A stretch of 64,000 bases of DNA from Promethearchaeota archaeon (GCA_019894975.1 JAGXNO010000005.1:1-64000), one strand, 5' to 3'. Numbered from the stretch's first letter, positions 48,516 to 59,873 are shown. Notes: a model not told the origin generated them from the sequence alone. Numbers and translations: made by a program.

Positions 48516-50207
48516 TTGATATTAATGACTATGATAGAAGAGAAATTATTTGATCAATGTTGGAATTATAAAAACCGCAATGAAATACTCAAAAGACTTC
48601 GAGAGACTCATTATGATATTATTGTAATTGGTGCGGGAATTACAGGATCGGGAGTAGCACGAGAAGCTTCTATTAGAGGACTGAAAGTTGCTGTTGTAGA
48701 TAAACAAGATTTTGCTGCTGGAACATCCTCAAGAAGTTCGAAGCTAGCTCATGGAGGTATAAGATATCTCGGACTTGGGGAGATGGATATAGTCCGAGAA
48801 TCTACAACAGAAAGAAATTGGATGAGAACACATATCCCACATCTAGTAAGACCGATACCTTTCCTTTTTGTTGCAATTGAGGGTGGAAAGTATAAAAAGC
48901 GAGATATAACTGGTGCTTGTAAAATTTATGATTTCTTAGGTGAAGATAAGTCTGATTTCAAAAATTATAGAAAACATAAATGGTATTCCCCTGAAAAAAT
49001 TTATGAGATGGAACCAGAGTTCATTAGAGAAGGTAATAATGGTGGTGCAGTCTATTATGATAACAATGTTGATGATGCAAGATTAACAATTGAGACTTTA
49101 AAAGAAGCTATTATTAGAGACGCAGATGCAATTAATTACTGTAAAGTGACTGGCTATCTTAAGGAAAAGGGTAATATTCAAGGTGTAAAGTGTACAGATT
49201 TGGAAAAAGGATCTGATTTTGAAATAAAGGGGACTTTGGTGGTAAATGCTACAGGAATTTGGACTGATGAATTATTAGAAAATTATCCTGAAGATATACC
49301 CAAACCATTAATTCGTCCTACTAAAGGGGTTCATCTACAATTTAAAAGAGAACATGTTAAAAATAATATGGCTACAATAATCCGCTCTATTTCTGATGAG
49401 AGAGTTTTTTTTGTCCTTCCTCGAAACGAAAATTTTACGATAATAGGAACAACTGATACAGATTATAAGGGTGATCTGGAAAATCCATTCTGTAACAAGG
49501 ATGATGCGGATTACTTATTAAATTCAGTGAAACATTATTTTCCTAATGCGGATCTAGATTATGATAAGATTTTATCTACATATGCAGGGATCAGACCCTT
49601 AGTTATGCAAAAAGGTAAATCTGAGAGTCAAATCTCCCGAAAACATACAATCTTTTTCTCAAATGATGGCTTGTTAACGATAACAGGAGGAAAACTAACT
49701 GCATTTAGGAGTATGGCTGAAGATTTATTTAAAAAAATTGAGGAAACAGAGTTATTTCCGAATATCGGTAGGGAGAATAATTTTTCAAAACAAAAGTATT
49801 TAATTTCCTTGGATACACAAGATTGGCATGAACACTTGAAAAATTCAGGTATAAACTTGGAAAAAAATGTAGCTGATCATATTTATCAACAGTATGGAAA
49901 GGGGGCTTTAAAAATTCTTGAAATTATAAAGGAAAATGAATCATATAAAGAAAAAATCATTGATGATAATTATTTTATTAAAGCTGAGATAATATATTGT
50001 TTGAGGTACGAATTAACACAACATTTAAGTGATCTTTTTTGCCGTCGAACAGAGATGTCACTCTGGATTAGTCATAAAAGTGCAAAAGAAGCGGCTACAA
50101 CGGTTGCTAATATAATGGCTACGGAATACAGCTGGGATGAAGATAAGAAGAAGCATGAAATAACTGCTTACATTAAATATGTGGAAAAAACAGTTTCATT
50201 CACCTAA
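48516..50207 (+). CDS. FAD-dependent glycerol-3-phosphate dehydrogenase/oxidase (GlpA/GlpD family)
   Basis: IGAGITG, GTSSRSSKLAHGGIRYL, DDARL, KGVH, GTTDT, AGIRPL, GGKLT. Confidence 0.92.
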   Translation: MILMTMIEEKLFDQCWNYKNRNEILKRLRETHYDIIVIGAGITGSGVAREASIRGLKVAVVDKQDFAAGTSSRSSKLAHGGIRYLGLGEMDIVRESTTERNWMRTHIPHLVRPIPFLFVAIEGGKYKKRDITGACKIYDFLGEDKSDFKNYRKHKWYSPEKIYEMEPEFIREGNNGGAVYYDNNVDDARLTIETLKEAIIRDADAINYCKVTGYLKEKGNIQGVKCTDLEKGSDFEIKGTLVVNATGIWTDELLENYPEDIPKPLIRPTKGVHLQFKREHVKNNMATIIRSISDERVFFVLPRNENFTIIGTTDTDYKGDLENPFCNKDDADYLLNSVKHYFPNADLDYDKILSTYAGIRPLVMQKGKSESQISRKHTIFFSNDGLLTITGGKLTAFRSMAEDLFKKIEETELFPNIGRENNFSKQKYLISLDTQDWHEHLKNSGINLEKNVADHIYQQYGKGALKILEIIKENESYKEKIIDDNYFIKAEIIYCLRYELTQHLSDLFCRRTEMSLWISHKSAKEAATTVANIMATEYSWDEDKKKHEITAYIKYVEKTVSFT

Positions 50208-50320
50208 ATATTTACATCTGTTTTTTTTTTTTAAATATTGGACTATATATTTTTAATATATATTGTTTTATATATTCATTATAGTAACATATCCAAAATT
50301 AAATTAAAAAGTGATATAAA

Positions 50321-50998
50321 GTGATTTTTGCTTGGGATTTTAAGGAAAACCTTTTGATACCCTTAGGAGAATTAGGTGGTTTTTTCATGTTACTTTTAGG
50401 AATTATATGGTTACTTTATGCCGTATATGAAACTAAGAGGAGGAAATCATTTAAAAAGAGAAAAGTGGAAGACTGGGATTTCGATATGACTAAATTTCTG
50501 AAAGGATTAACATATATTGGATTTATCGTTGGTTTACTATGCATTGTTTCGGGAGTATCTGGATTAATGTTTGATATTCCTCCCAGTGTAGCATATAGAG
50601 CCTTTGAACCACCACCTGGTAGTCGTAATCTTTTTACCTCTATTTTGTTAATCGTATTTGGAATTCTAACATTTGTAAAACCGGCAAACGATCTTCCTCT
50701 TGCTAGTATAGTGGGGATGTTAGCCGCAACTCTTGTAGTAATTTTATTAGCTCTTCTCATTCCACAAACTGTAATAGATGTAATTGCGGCATTTATAGAT
50801 CCAAAAATCTTGCTGTCAATAATATTTATAATCATATTTGCAATTATAGCCCTTACAGCGAAATTTTATACAGCGGGTTTTATGGCGGTTTCTAAGGCAC
50901 TTTCATGGCCTCCTTTAGCCGTTATTCTTGCGGTTTTTTGCTTACTTCAAGGATTTCTATTAGTGGTAATAGGAGTCTCAATTTCAGGGGTATTCTAA
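50321..50998 (+). CDS. Hypothetical multi-pass membrane protein
   Basis: About 6 hydrophobic helices. Confidence 0.75.
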   Translation: MIFAWDFKENLLIPLGELGGFFMLLLGIIWLLYAVYETKRRKSFKKRKVEDWDFDMTKFLKGLTYIGFIVGLLCIVSGVSGLMFDIPPSVAYRAFEPPPGSRNLFTSILLIVFGILTFVKPANDLPLASIVGMLAATLVVILLALLIPQTVIDVIAAFIDPKILLSIIFIIIFAIIALTAKFYTAGFMAVSKALSWPPLAVILAVFCLLQGFLLVVIGVSISGVF

Positions 50999-51027
50999 TA
51001 CAAATTTTTTTTTAATTTTTTTAATTG

Positions 51028-52140
51028 TTAGAAGAAGCTAAATCTATGAGAGGAATTTTGATTAATTTTCCCAATAATATCATTTTTCAAATCATATGCA
51101 CAATTTGGGCATTTCTTATCTTCAGTAACATCTATTTTCTTAAATGTATATCCTCTTCTCTCAAATAACAAATATCCACAATTAGGACAATATGTGTTAC
51201 CTCCTTGTTCATGGTTTATATTTCCTATATAGGGAAAATACAATCCTTTTTCTTTTGCAATATTATACGCCATGTTAAGAGTTTTGAAAGGTGTTCTTTT
51301 CTCAGAAGGTGCTTTAAAATCAGGATGATACGCAGAAAAATGAGTTGGGGTATCTTTTCCTAAGTTCTCTACAATCCAATTACACAATTTCTCAATATCT
51401 TGTTTACTATCATTCAAATCGGGAATGATTAAATTTGTAATTTCGACATGCATACCATTCCTTTTAAAGTATTCCGTGGTATTTAGAACCGGTTGAACAG
51501 ACTTAACACCACATATTTTTTTATAAAATTCATCTGACATTGCTTTAATGTCAATATTAGCAGCATCAATCCCTACATCTACTAGTTCTTTGGAAGCTTC
51601 TGGAGTGGAGTAGCCATTTGTGACCAAAATTGTTTTGATTTCTTTTTCTTTAAGTAACCGTGCCGTATCCAATACCCATTCGTGCCAAATCAAAGGTTCA
51701 TTATAAGTGTATGCTAAGGTCCTTGCCCCACTCTTAACAACCTTGTTTACCAACTGTTCAGGAGTCATCTCAACCAATGACATTCCCCGTCCATTTAATC
51801 CATCTTGATCATAAAATCCATTCTTTCCATTATCTCTGGGATTTGCTTGTGAAATTGACCAATTTTGACAATTTTGACATTTAAAAGAACATCCAATAGA
51901 TGCAATAGAGTAAGCTGTAGCCCCTGGCCAGAAATTGTAGAGCGGTTTTTTTTCTATAGGATCCAAACTACCTGAAGATATATGGGAACCATAAATTAGA
52001 GTATATAATTTTCCATCGAAATTCTTTCTTGTTCGACAAATACCTACTTTACCTGAAAATATAACACATTCATTAGCACATACATGACATTTAACTTTTT
52101 TATCATCCAAACTTTCCCATAATCTTGCAATAACTTTCAA
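51028..52140 (-). CDS. amrS: AmmeMemoRadiSam system radical SAM enzyme
   Basis: CHVCANEC..GIC, DPIEKKPLYNF, GCSFKCQNCQNWSISQ, YTYNEP, TYCPNCG. Confidence 0.9.
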   Translation of the reverse strand: MKVIARLWESLDDKKVKCHVCANECVIFSGKVGICRTRKNFDGKLYTLIYGSHISSGSLDPIEKKPLYNFWPGATAYSIASIGCSFKCQNCQNWSISQANPRDNGKNGFYDQDGLNGRGMSLVEMTPEQLVNKVVKSGARTLAYTYNEPLIWHEWVLDTARLLKEKEIKTILVTNGYSTPEASKELVDVGIDAANIDIKAMSDEFYKKICGVKSVQPVLNTTEYFKRNGMHVEITNLIIPDLNDSKQDIEKLCNWIVENLGKDTPTHFSAYHPDFKAPSEKRTPFKTLNMAYNIAKEKGLYFPYIGNINHEQGGNTYCPNCGYLLFERRGYTFKKIDVTEDKKCPNCAYDLKNDIIGKINQNSSHRFSFF

Positions 52141-52262
52141 AAAAAATACATTCTCCGGATTATTATTTAACTTCCATATCTCTAGATATATAATAGATAT
52201 GAAATGTTATAATTCTTATACATATAGATATTAGTTTATGAAACAAAAAGGAGCTAATTGAA

Positions 52263-52697
52263 ATGTCAAAAGTAGAAGAAGCTATTTCTTATTTTAAGGA
52301 TAAATATAACTGCGCTCAATCAATACTTGGACCATTTTGTGTTCAATATGGATTAGATAAAAATACTGCTCTAAAACTAGCCACAGGTTTTGGAGGGGGA
52401 ATGGCTGGTTTTGGTAGAACTTGTGGTGTCGTGTCTGGAGCCTATATGGTTATTGGATTAAAACATGGTATGGGAATTAAAGATGATATAAAATTGAAAG
52501 AAAAGACTTATCAGTTAATACAAGAATTTTCTCGTCGATTTACAGATATCCATGATTCTGTTATTTGTAGAGAATTACTTGGTTGTGACATAGGTACAAC
52601 TGAAGGTAAGCAATTTTATAGTCAAAATGAATTATTTGAGAAAAATTGTCTCCAGTATGTTAAAAACGCAGTAGAAATTTTAGAAGATATTCTCTAA
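52263..52697 (+). CDS. C_GCAxxG_C_C family putative redox protein
   Basis: YNCAQS, GFGGGM, TCGVVSGA, ICRELLG, NC. Confidence 0.88.
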   Translation: MSKVEEAISYFKDKYNCAQSILGPFCVQYGLDKNTALKLATGFGGGMAGFGRTCGVVSGAYMVIGLKHGMGIKDDIKLKEKTYQLIQEFSRRFTDIHDSVICRELLGCDIGTTEGKQFYSQNELFEKNCLQYVKNAVEILEDIL

Positions 52698-52736
52698 TTA
52701 AATTAGATCAAAGAATTACTAGAAATACAAGACATA

Positions 52737-53654
52737 ATGATTAAAGACGAGTCAGAATATAGTAAAGAAGAATTGGAACGTCTACTAAAGGAAAAGCAAG
52801 GAAATTTAGAAGAGCTAGAAAAAATTAGTAAGAATTCTATCTATATGAAAGAATTAAGTGATATCGCTTTGATACAGCTTCAGTTAGAACGTTATATTGA
52901 CTCAGAAAAGAATTACTTGATATGTCTAAAACATTTTGAATTGCAAAAAGATAGATTAGGACAAGCTAGTGTTTACGGGATATTAGGGACATTATTTTTT
53001 AAAATGGGTGATTATCTAAAATCTATAGATTATTATGAAAAAGCATACGAGATATCTGAAGACTTAATGCAAAATCAAGAGCAAATTATATGCTTAAAGG
53101 GAATTGGCGCAAATTTGATAAAATTAAACAAATTGGATGAAGCCTGTGACATTTTTTTTGATTGTAGTGCTTTATGTTCCGATAATAATGATATTTACAA
53201 CTTATTAGATTGTCTAGGAAACCTTATATTCATTCATGAAAAGGATGAAAAATGGGACGTTGTTTTTGAATTGTATATGAAAACATTAAAAGCTTTTAGA
53301 GAATTAGAAGACGCTAAAGGAATCATTACTTCGTATTATAACTTAGGAATACTTGAAAAGAGAAATAATAATATGAGGGAAGCTTTACGATATTTTAAAA
53401 AAGGTACTAACAATGCAATTGATTCTAACATTGCTGAATTAATTATTAAAGGATTAGGCTATGTTGGAGAATCTTTGTTTCATTTAGGAGAAATAAAGGA
53501 AGCAAAAAATCAATTCATTAAAGCTTTGTATTTAGCAAACAAAATTAATGCAGAGAATGCTAAAGCTCAGTTACGTATCTTACTTCAGTCACTTGGGTTA
53601 AATGATAAACAGATTACAGATGAATTAGAAGGGATTGATGAAAGCAGGAAATAG
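52737..53654 (+). CDS. Tetratricopeptide repeat protein
   Basis: Repeated LG..Y...G.Y..A..YY..A helical motifs. Confidence 0.85.
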   Translation: MIKDESEYSKEELERLLKEKQGNLEELEKISKNSIYMKELSDIALIQLQLERYIDSEKNYLICLKHFELQKDRLGQASVYGILGTLFFKMGDYLKSIDYYEKAYEISEDLMQNQEQIICLKGIGANLIKLNKLDEACDIFFDCSALCSDNNDIYNLLDCLGNLIFIHEKDEKWDVVFELYMKTLKAFRELEDAKGIITSYYNLGILEKRNNNMREALRYFKKGTNNAIDSNIAELIIKGLGYVGESLFHLGEIKEAKNQFIKALYLANKINAENAKAQLRILLQSLGLNDKQITDELEGIDESRK

Positions 53655-53658
53655 GATT

Positions 53659-54441
53659 TCATGAAAACTTTGAAAAATCAGGTTTTCTTTTTTCAAAAAA
53701 TGCTTTAAAAGCTTCCTGAGCTTCAGGAGATCTCTGTCGTCTTAAAAATTCAGTCATTTCAGCAGGCATTAGTTTTTCAAGAATCCCCGCATAGTATTTT
53801 TTAATATACGCTTTTATTTGTCGTAAAGCCTCTGGAGGTTTTTCTGCTAACCTTTCAGCTAAAAGAATTACTTCACTTATAAGGGCATTTTCTGGATAGA
53901 TTTTGTTTACCATTCCAATTTCTTGAGCTTCTTCAGCACTAAACCAATCTCCAAAGAAAAATAATTCCGCCGCTCGTTGACGTCCAATTAATTCTGGTAG
54001 TAGAAATGTGGATCCAATCTCAGGGATTAATCCTAAATTAACAAATGGAAATTGAAACCTAGTACCCTCAGCAGCATATACTAAATCAAAATGTAATAGC
54101 ATAGTAACTCCCACCCCAATTGCATATCCGTGCACAGCAGCTAGTATCGGTTTCCTAGATTTTAAAAGTAAATCTATCCAACTTCTAGTTGGCTGGGTTC
54201 TTGGTCCAGGATCCAGATCTTGAAAATCTTTTAAATCATTTCCTGCGCAAAAACATTTTCCATTACCATAGATTAAAATAACCCTAATTTTTGGATCAAT
54301 TTCGGCTCTTTCTATTCCTTCAGCAAGTCCATCATACATAACTCTTGTGAGAGCATTCCTTTTCGCGTCTCTATTAAAAATTATCTGAAATACTCCTTTT
54401 TCGGATTTAAATATGATTTGATCATCCAATTTCATAAGCAT
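53659..54441 (-). CDS. Enoyl-CoA hydratase/isomerase (ECI2-like)
   Basis: FCAGNDL, AVHGYAIGVG, PFVNLGLIPE, AFFEKRKPDFS. Confidence 0.9.
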   Translation of the reverse strand: MLMKLDDQIIFKSEKGVFQIIFNRDAKRNALTRVMYDGLAEGIERAEIDPKIRVILIYGNGKCFCAGNDLKDFQDLDPGPRTQPTRSWIDLLLKSRKPILAAVHGYAIGVGVTMLLHFDLVYAAEGTRFQFPFVNLGLIPEIGSTFLLPELIGRQRAAELFFFGDWFSAEEAQEIGMVNKIYPENALISEVILLAERLAEKPPEALRQIKAYIKKYYAGILEKLMPAEMTEFLRRQRSPEAQEAFKAFFEKRKPDFSKFS

Positions 54442-54608
54442 AGTTCTAAATATTTTTGATATAATAATAGTAAGTATAGCATTATTTTAAAGAAGAAAGA
54501 TTTAGAAAATAAACATTTAAATCAGACAATAACTTCTTTAAGTTCTTATTTAATTACAAGCTCAGATGACTCATAGAGAGAGACTTTACAACCTGTTATT
54601 TCAAAAAC

Positions 54609-54761
54609 TTATTTATTATAATTTTTATAATCTACTTTTTCTGCTTTTCTGAGAGAATCTGCAGCTCCACATTTATCACAGTATTCTTGTTTTGTGTGTG
54701 CAAATTCCCCACATTTATTACAGATATAAGGATAAGTTCTCTTGAAAAGTTTTGTGTCCAA
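54609..54761 (-). CDS. 50-aa CxxC/CxxC zinc-finger microprotein (not in ORF track)
   Basis: TTG start: MDTKLFKRTYPYICNKCGEFAHTKQEYCDKCGAADSLRKAEKVDYKNYNK*. Confidence 0.7.
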   Translation of the reverse strand: MDTKLFKRTYPYICNKCGEFAHTKQEYCDKCGAADSLRKAEKVDYKNYNK

Positions 54762-55079
54762 AATTATTCACTGCTTAGTACTCTTTTCATGTTAAAAAAA
54801 ATTGATCAGTAAAAAGTTTTTGTATGATTTTATAATTCTTTCAAGATACAAAGTTACATATGAAATTCTGAAGAAATATTACAAAAATTATCTATATTAG
54901 CTTTTTGTGAAGAAAATCCCTAAATTATGAATCATTCAATAATACTGGATACTCCGGAAGGATTTATCTTCATTTAAGATAATGGCTTTAATGATATTTC
55001 TTTTAATTAATTATAAATAAGCTAATTTTCATTTTTTAATAAAGCTATTTTAGAAAAAAAATTTAAAATTTTAATATCT

Positions 55080-56501
55080 ATGAAAATTTGCCCTTACTGT
55101 AGCCAATTAATTGAAGATAACCATCCTTATTGCCCAAATTGCAACAAACCTTTAATTTCAAATTTAGAGAAATCCGTAGATAAAAACGTTAATCTTGAAT
55201 CTAGTGAATCTGACCCTTTTTCTTTTGATGTGGATGAGCAAGATGAAATATATGAGGAGACAATCATAAAAGATGATGAAATAGATCGGAAAATACAGGA
55301 AATTGATGAAGTCTTAGAAAGAAATGAAATTTTAGGGGATCCTATACCAGGATCATTGCTACTAGAGAAATCGAGTTTATATTACAAAAAAAGAGATTTA
55401 CCTAATGCTTTAAGAAATCTTGAATTAGCCTTAAGAAATTTTGAAGAGGAAGATGATTTATTTAATGTAGCAATTTGTCATAATGAAATTGGACTAATGC
55501 AAGAAGACACAGGATATTTTGATCAAGCTATTTATCATTTTAATAGATCTCTTGAAATTCTTAAAGAGGTAAATGACAACCAAAAAGTTATCAAAGTTCT
55601 AAATAATTTAGGAAATATTTATTATTCAATTAAAGATTTAGAACATTCTTACAAATTTTATCAAGAAGCTCTTGATATATCTAAACAAGAAAATCTAATT
55701 TATGAAGAAGTAAAAACTTCAAGCAATTTAGTCGAAGTTCTTTACTTACTTAAGGATTATGATCGAATTAAGAGAATTTTAGCCCGGAATTTTGAATTTT
55801 TCGAGCAAGAAGAAGATGGTTATGGAATAATCGCAACTAAAATAAAATATGGCAAACTATATTACTATATAGGAACGGACTACGATTTAGCAAGTGAGGA
55901 GCTTAAAATGGCCTTACAATTAATAGAAAGGGTCGATAATAGTCTTTCCGTTTTTATTAGGGCGAAATTGGAATGGGAATGTTACCTATACCTTGGAAGA
56001 ATAAATTTAATGTGGAATAATCTTGATTTTGCTGAAAATTACTTTGTTAAAAGCCTTGAAGCTGTCAGAATATTCGAAATTGGCGAAAATATTAATGAAG
56101 GACAAGTAATAGAAAATTTAGCTGAATTATATAATACAAAAGGGGAAACTGAAAAAAGTAATGAATATTATAACCTTTCTTGCGAAATTTACTATAAATT
56201 CGGAAATAATAAGAAATGCGCTCAAATCAAAATTAAAATCAGTGAAAATTATCTAAATATTGACGATAAGTCAACAGCAATAAAGATTTTACACGAAGCT
56301 TTAGATATTTATGAAAATCTCCGTTATACAAAAGAACTTGCAGACATACACGATAAATTGGGAGACATTTATATTAGTAAAAGAAGTTCTGATATTGCGC
56401 TAGAACATTATGAAAAAGCACGAGTTTATTATTTTGAACTTGAAGATGAAGATAGCCTGAGGATAATCGAAGGGAAAATTAAGTCTTTACAGAATGATTA
56501 A
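55080..56501 (+). CDS. Zinc-ribbon plus TPR protein
   Basis: CPYC...CPNC, acidic linker, multiple TPRs. Confidence 0.85.
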   Translation: MKICPYCSQLIEDNHPYCPNCNKPLISNLEKSVDKNVNLESSESDPFSFDVDEQDEIYEETIIKDDEIDRKIQEIDEVLERNEILGDPIPGSLLLEKSSLYYKKRDLPNALRNLELALRNFEEEDDLFNVAICHNEIGLMQEDTGYFDQAIYHFNRSLEILKEVNDNQKVIKVLNNLGNIYYSIKDLEHSYKFYQEALDISKQENLIYEEVKTSSNLVEVLYLLKDYDRIKRILARNFEFFEQEEDGYGIIATKIKYGKLYYYIGTDYDLASEELKMALQLIERVDNSLSVFIRAKLEWECYLYLGRINLMWNNLDFAENYFVKSLEAVRIFEIGENINEGQVIENLAELYNTKGETEKSNEYYNLSCEIYYKFGNNKKCAQIKIKISENYLNIDDKSTAIKILHEALDIYENLRYTKELADIHDKLGDIYISKRSSDIALEHYEKARVYYFELEDEDSLRIIEGKIKSLQND

Positions 56502-56504
56502 TCC

Positions 56505-57188
56505 TTAATTAATTTCAAAATCTTCTTTTTTGTACACTTTTCTCTCGTATTCTTCAAATCCAATACCATTCATGAATGCATATGAACGTAAATTATCTCT
56601 ATATACTTCTGCTCTAATTTCTTTCACATTATTATAATTTTCCTTTATAAAATTCCATATATAAGCACCTAATATTTTACCTAAACCCCTTCTTTGGAAT
56701 CTGGGGATTACTGCTAACGCTGCAATTATTGCATATTCATTTTGTTCTCCCTCAAAATCAAGCAGAACGAAAGCTGCATCAATACCGTAAACTTTTGCTA
56801 TAAGAAAAACAGTTTCTGGATGTTCAAGAATAGTTGACAGATCAGTTTTTGTTATAGGACGAAAGGGAGTATTACTCGTTAACCAAGCTCGATTATAAAT
56901 GTTTTTAAGACTCTCTAGATCTTCCTTTTTCGCCTGTCGAATTTTTGCTTTAAGGATATTGTGTTCTACTTTTTGTTTTAACTCCTCTTCAAACTCTTTG
57001 GTGATATCTTTAACCGAAAGTTTCATTTGGATATAAACCATCCCATCTTTATAGAGTTCTTCTACTTTCTCATCAACAATATCCTTATGTTTTTTTTTCT
57101 TTTCTATTGAGAGAAATAACGCTCTAATTCTTCTCTTTTTAAGATCAACTTTTTTACTACGCTCTAGTTTAGATCCAAACATAATCAA
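56505..57188 (-). CDS. GNAT family N-acetyltransferase
   Basis: LAVIPRFQRRGLG, EVYRDN..S..F...GF. Confidence 0.85.
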   Translation of the reverse strand: MIMFGSKLERSKKVDLKKRRIRALFLSIEKKKKHKDIVDEKVEELYKDGMVYIQMKLSVKDITKEFEEELKQKVEHNILKAKIRQAKKEDLESLKNIYNRAWLTSNTPFRPITKTDLSTILEHPETVFLIAKVYGIDAAFVLLDFEGEQNEYAIIAALAVIPRFQRRGLGKILGAYIWNFIKENYNNVKEIRAEVYRDNLRSYAFMNGIGFEEYERKVYKKEDFEIN

Positions 57189-57206
57189 TAAATTAGAATT
57201 TCAGAA

Positions 57207-58835
57207 TTAAGGTAATAAATTTAATTTTTCTCGGATTTTATTTTCAATGCTTTCAGTAATGAGAATACTCTCTTTTAATTTTGAGATACCAAGTTGTATT
57301 TTCTTCTTGAGATTAACGTCTTTTATCAAATTTTTTCTTTCAGATGAGAATTCAAAATTAGATCTTACTGCCATATTATCTTCAATGATTTCACCTAAAG
57401 AGTTTTTTAATTTCATCATGGGATCTGATATATTTACATAAATATTGTTTGGATCGTTTGTGACATACCCCGGAAATAAAATATTCATATATTCTTCTGT
57501 TTCTTTTTCAATAAACATTACATATATAGGCATATAAATCCATTGAATCGGTCTTGAAAACAATTCTGATTGAGTATCCGTCAATGACCACTTAATTAAC
57601 TCTTGGGCTTCTTGATGACATGCATTATGTTTAATTCGTATTATTTCCTTTATATTGGTAAATATAGTTTCAATCCTTTCTGATTGTGTTTTTAACTCCG
57701 CAATTTTTTCTTCTTTTTCGATCCCAAATTCAGATAATAATTTGTCTCTATCTTTTAATTTTACATCCTGTGATTCTCTAAATTCTTCTAGTTTACTATT
57801 AGCTTCTTGATCTATTTGATTAGCCCTCTCTTTCAGTTCAATAAATCTTTGTTGTAGAACTTCAAGTGATTTTAAAAAATTCTCTCCTTCGGCTTTTAAA
57901 TAATTAAAATGATTCTGGAAATGAGGTAAAATATCTGTGAAAACTCTACTCTTAAGAGTATCGCTATTAACGAAAAATTTATTCTTTTTAAGTATCTCCT
58001 CAAGATTTCTCTCAGATGTTTTAAACAATGTTGACATGCCCTCAATTATTTTTTTTTTCTCTTCTACATTCCATTGATCTATCTTATCTTGCTCCAATTT
58101 TCTTTTATGATCAATTTGAGAGGGATCTATCGTCGAAGATGCTTTATTGATTTGGCTTGAATATCTAGTATCAAGATCCTTCAGCTGTACATTTAAATCT
58201 ACTAACCATTTAGTAACTTCCTTTTCTATTAATTCCACCTGAGTATTCCATCTATAAGCGTTTCCCTTCATTGTATTGATTATATTCCGATAATTCTCTG
58301 CAATAGTTAATGCATTTTCCGTAGTAATACTATGATCTAACACAGTATAATCAATAATAGGTTTGTAATCTGTCAAGGGGATTATTTTTGTTAATGTTTG
58401 AAGAAATTCTGGATTTATTAAACCATCCAGCTTGAGTGAATGATATTCAGACTCTTCTCCCTCTCCTAATTCTTCTGCTTCTGTATCTTTATAAGTTAAA
58501 ATTTCAATTAACTTATTTAATTCTTCTAATTTTGTTCTATTTTCAACATTTCGTAGAATATGACCAACTAAGGGCTGACGGGGAGGGTTTGAAAACTTAT
58601 CACTCTTTCTAAAAAGACCTAATCCATCCAGCATAATATGAGTAGCAATAACTCCTTGGATACTTAATATAGGCCAAAGAAGTCTTGAAAAGGAAACAAT
58701 TTTTTCGTTTATACCTAATTCTTTCGTTAAAAGATAAAATGCAAGTGCTAATTCATCATTTCCTTGAATAAAAGAACGCTTTGTATTTTTATCTATAAAA
58801 AGAGGTAATAAATATTGGTTACCGTGTACAGACAA
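57207..58835 (-). CDS. Hypothetical protein with long central coiled coil
   Basis: 542-aa ORF; globular ends flank an E/K/Q-rich helical region. Confidence 0.78.
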   Translation of the reverse strand: MSVHGNQYLLPLFIDKNTKRSFIQGNDELALAFYLLTKELGINEKIVSFSRLLWPILSIQGVIATHIMLDGLGLFRKSDKFSNPPRQPLVGHILRNVENRTKLEELNKLIEILTYKDTEAEELGEGEESEYHSLKLDGLINPEFLQTLTKIIPLTDYKPIIDYTVLDHSITTENALTIAENYRNIINTMKGNAYRWNTQVELIEKEVTKWLVDLNVQLKDLDTRYSSQINKASSTIDPSQIDHKRKLEQDKIDQWNVEEKKKIIEGMSTLFKTSERNLEEILKKNKFFVNSDTLKSRVFTDILPHFQNHFNYLKAEGENFLKSLEVLQQRFIELKERANQIDQEANSKLEEFRESQDVKLKDRDKLLSEFGIEKEEKIAELKTQSERIETIFTNIKEIIRIKHNACHQEAQELIKWSLTDTQSELFSRPIQWIYMPIYVMFIEKETEEYMNILFPGYVTNDPNNIYVNISDPMMKLKNSLGEIIEDNMAVRSNFEFSSERKNLIKDVNLKKKIQLGISKLKESILITESIENKIREKLNLLP

Positions 58836-59012
58836 GAATATTCTCCTACTTTATAAATTGTTTTATTAAAAAATAAATCTAAATATATTAAATTTATAGT
58901 GATTCGGTTTTAAAATTTTAATCTTTTTTTAGAAAATAATAAAAAACTAGGTGCTCAATTATTATAGATTTGTCTTTAAGTAAGAAAAATAGGAGAATTT
59001 ATCCTTATGAGA

Positions 59013-59873
59013 TTATTTGAGTTGTTCATAGTTATTAGCCATTACCAATATGAGGAGTGCTAACAATATTAATAATGTTGGTAATATCGCCTTAACATGA
59101 GGTAAATCTGCTACGTCAAGTGCGCCCTGTAATATCCTTCCTCCTATGAAATACAAAAGGAACCCAATAGCGTTTAAAGCATAAGATTTTCTTAATACTC
59201 CAAAAGTTTTCCAGGCAAGATATACAAAGATAAATGGAATTAATGCTAAGAATAACGGCATAAAAATGAAATTAAACAATAATCTCCCGAGAGGATATTC
59301 CCATGAACCAATTTTCACAGTGATAATATTAGGGGATATACCATATTGGCTTGGAAAATCTGGATCCATAAAAAGCAGTTCAGATAACGATAATGAAAGA
59401 ATTCCTATAACAACAGGAACGATAACTAGGGCTAAACGAACTAGTAATTTAATGTTATTTTTATTTCTGAACCAATCTTCAACAGATTTACTTTTATCTT
59501 TGTTTTTTTCAATCTGAGTATCTGGAGGAAATAATAATATTCCCAACACCCCAACAGCACAAGCAGTACCAACCCAGGTAAAAAATGTTGCTAATCGATA
59601 GTTAATCATTAAAAATTCTACTACTTCCGCCCCATTACCTACATCAAATAATTCTGGGCCGAAGAAATAATATATTATGAAAAATACTCTCGCAATCCCA
59701 AAACACAAAAAGAACAAACTAAAGAATAGCCAGTATATTTTTTTTGTTGTTCGAAACCTTATGAATAGGAAGTAGAAAAACAATAGAAAGAAATACCCGA
59801 CGATTATAAAATATAACCCTAATTCGAGAGCGTCCCAAAACCCAAAATATTGAAAAGTATCTTGAAACAACAT
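59013..59873 (-). CDS. 7TM-like membrane protein
   Basis: About 7 hydrophobic helices, with no soluble output domain. Confidence 0.75.
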   Translation of the reverse strand: MLFQDTFQYFGFWDALELGLYFIIVGYFFLLFFYFLFIRFRTTKKIYWLFFSLFFLCFGIARVFFIIYYFFGPELFDVGNGAEVVEFLMINYRLATFFTWVGTACAVGVLGILLFPPDTQIEKNKDKSKSVEDWFRNKNNIKLLVRLALVIVPVVIGILSLSLSELLFMDPDFPSQYGISPNIITVKIGSWEYPLGRLLFNFIFMPLFLALIPFIFVYLAWKTFGVLRKSYALNAIGFLLYFIGGRILQGALDVADLPHVKAILPTLLILLALLILVMANNYEQLK

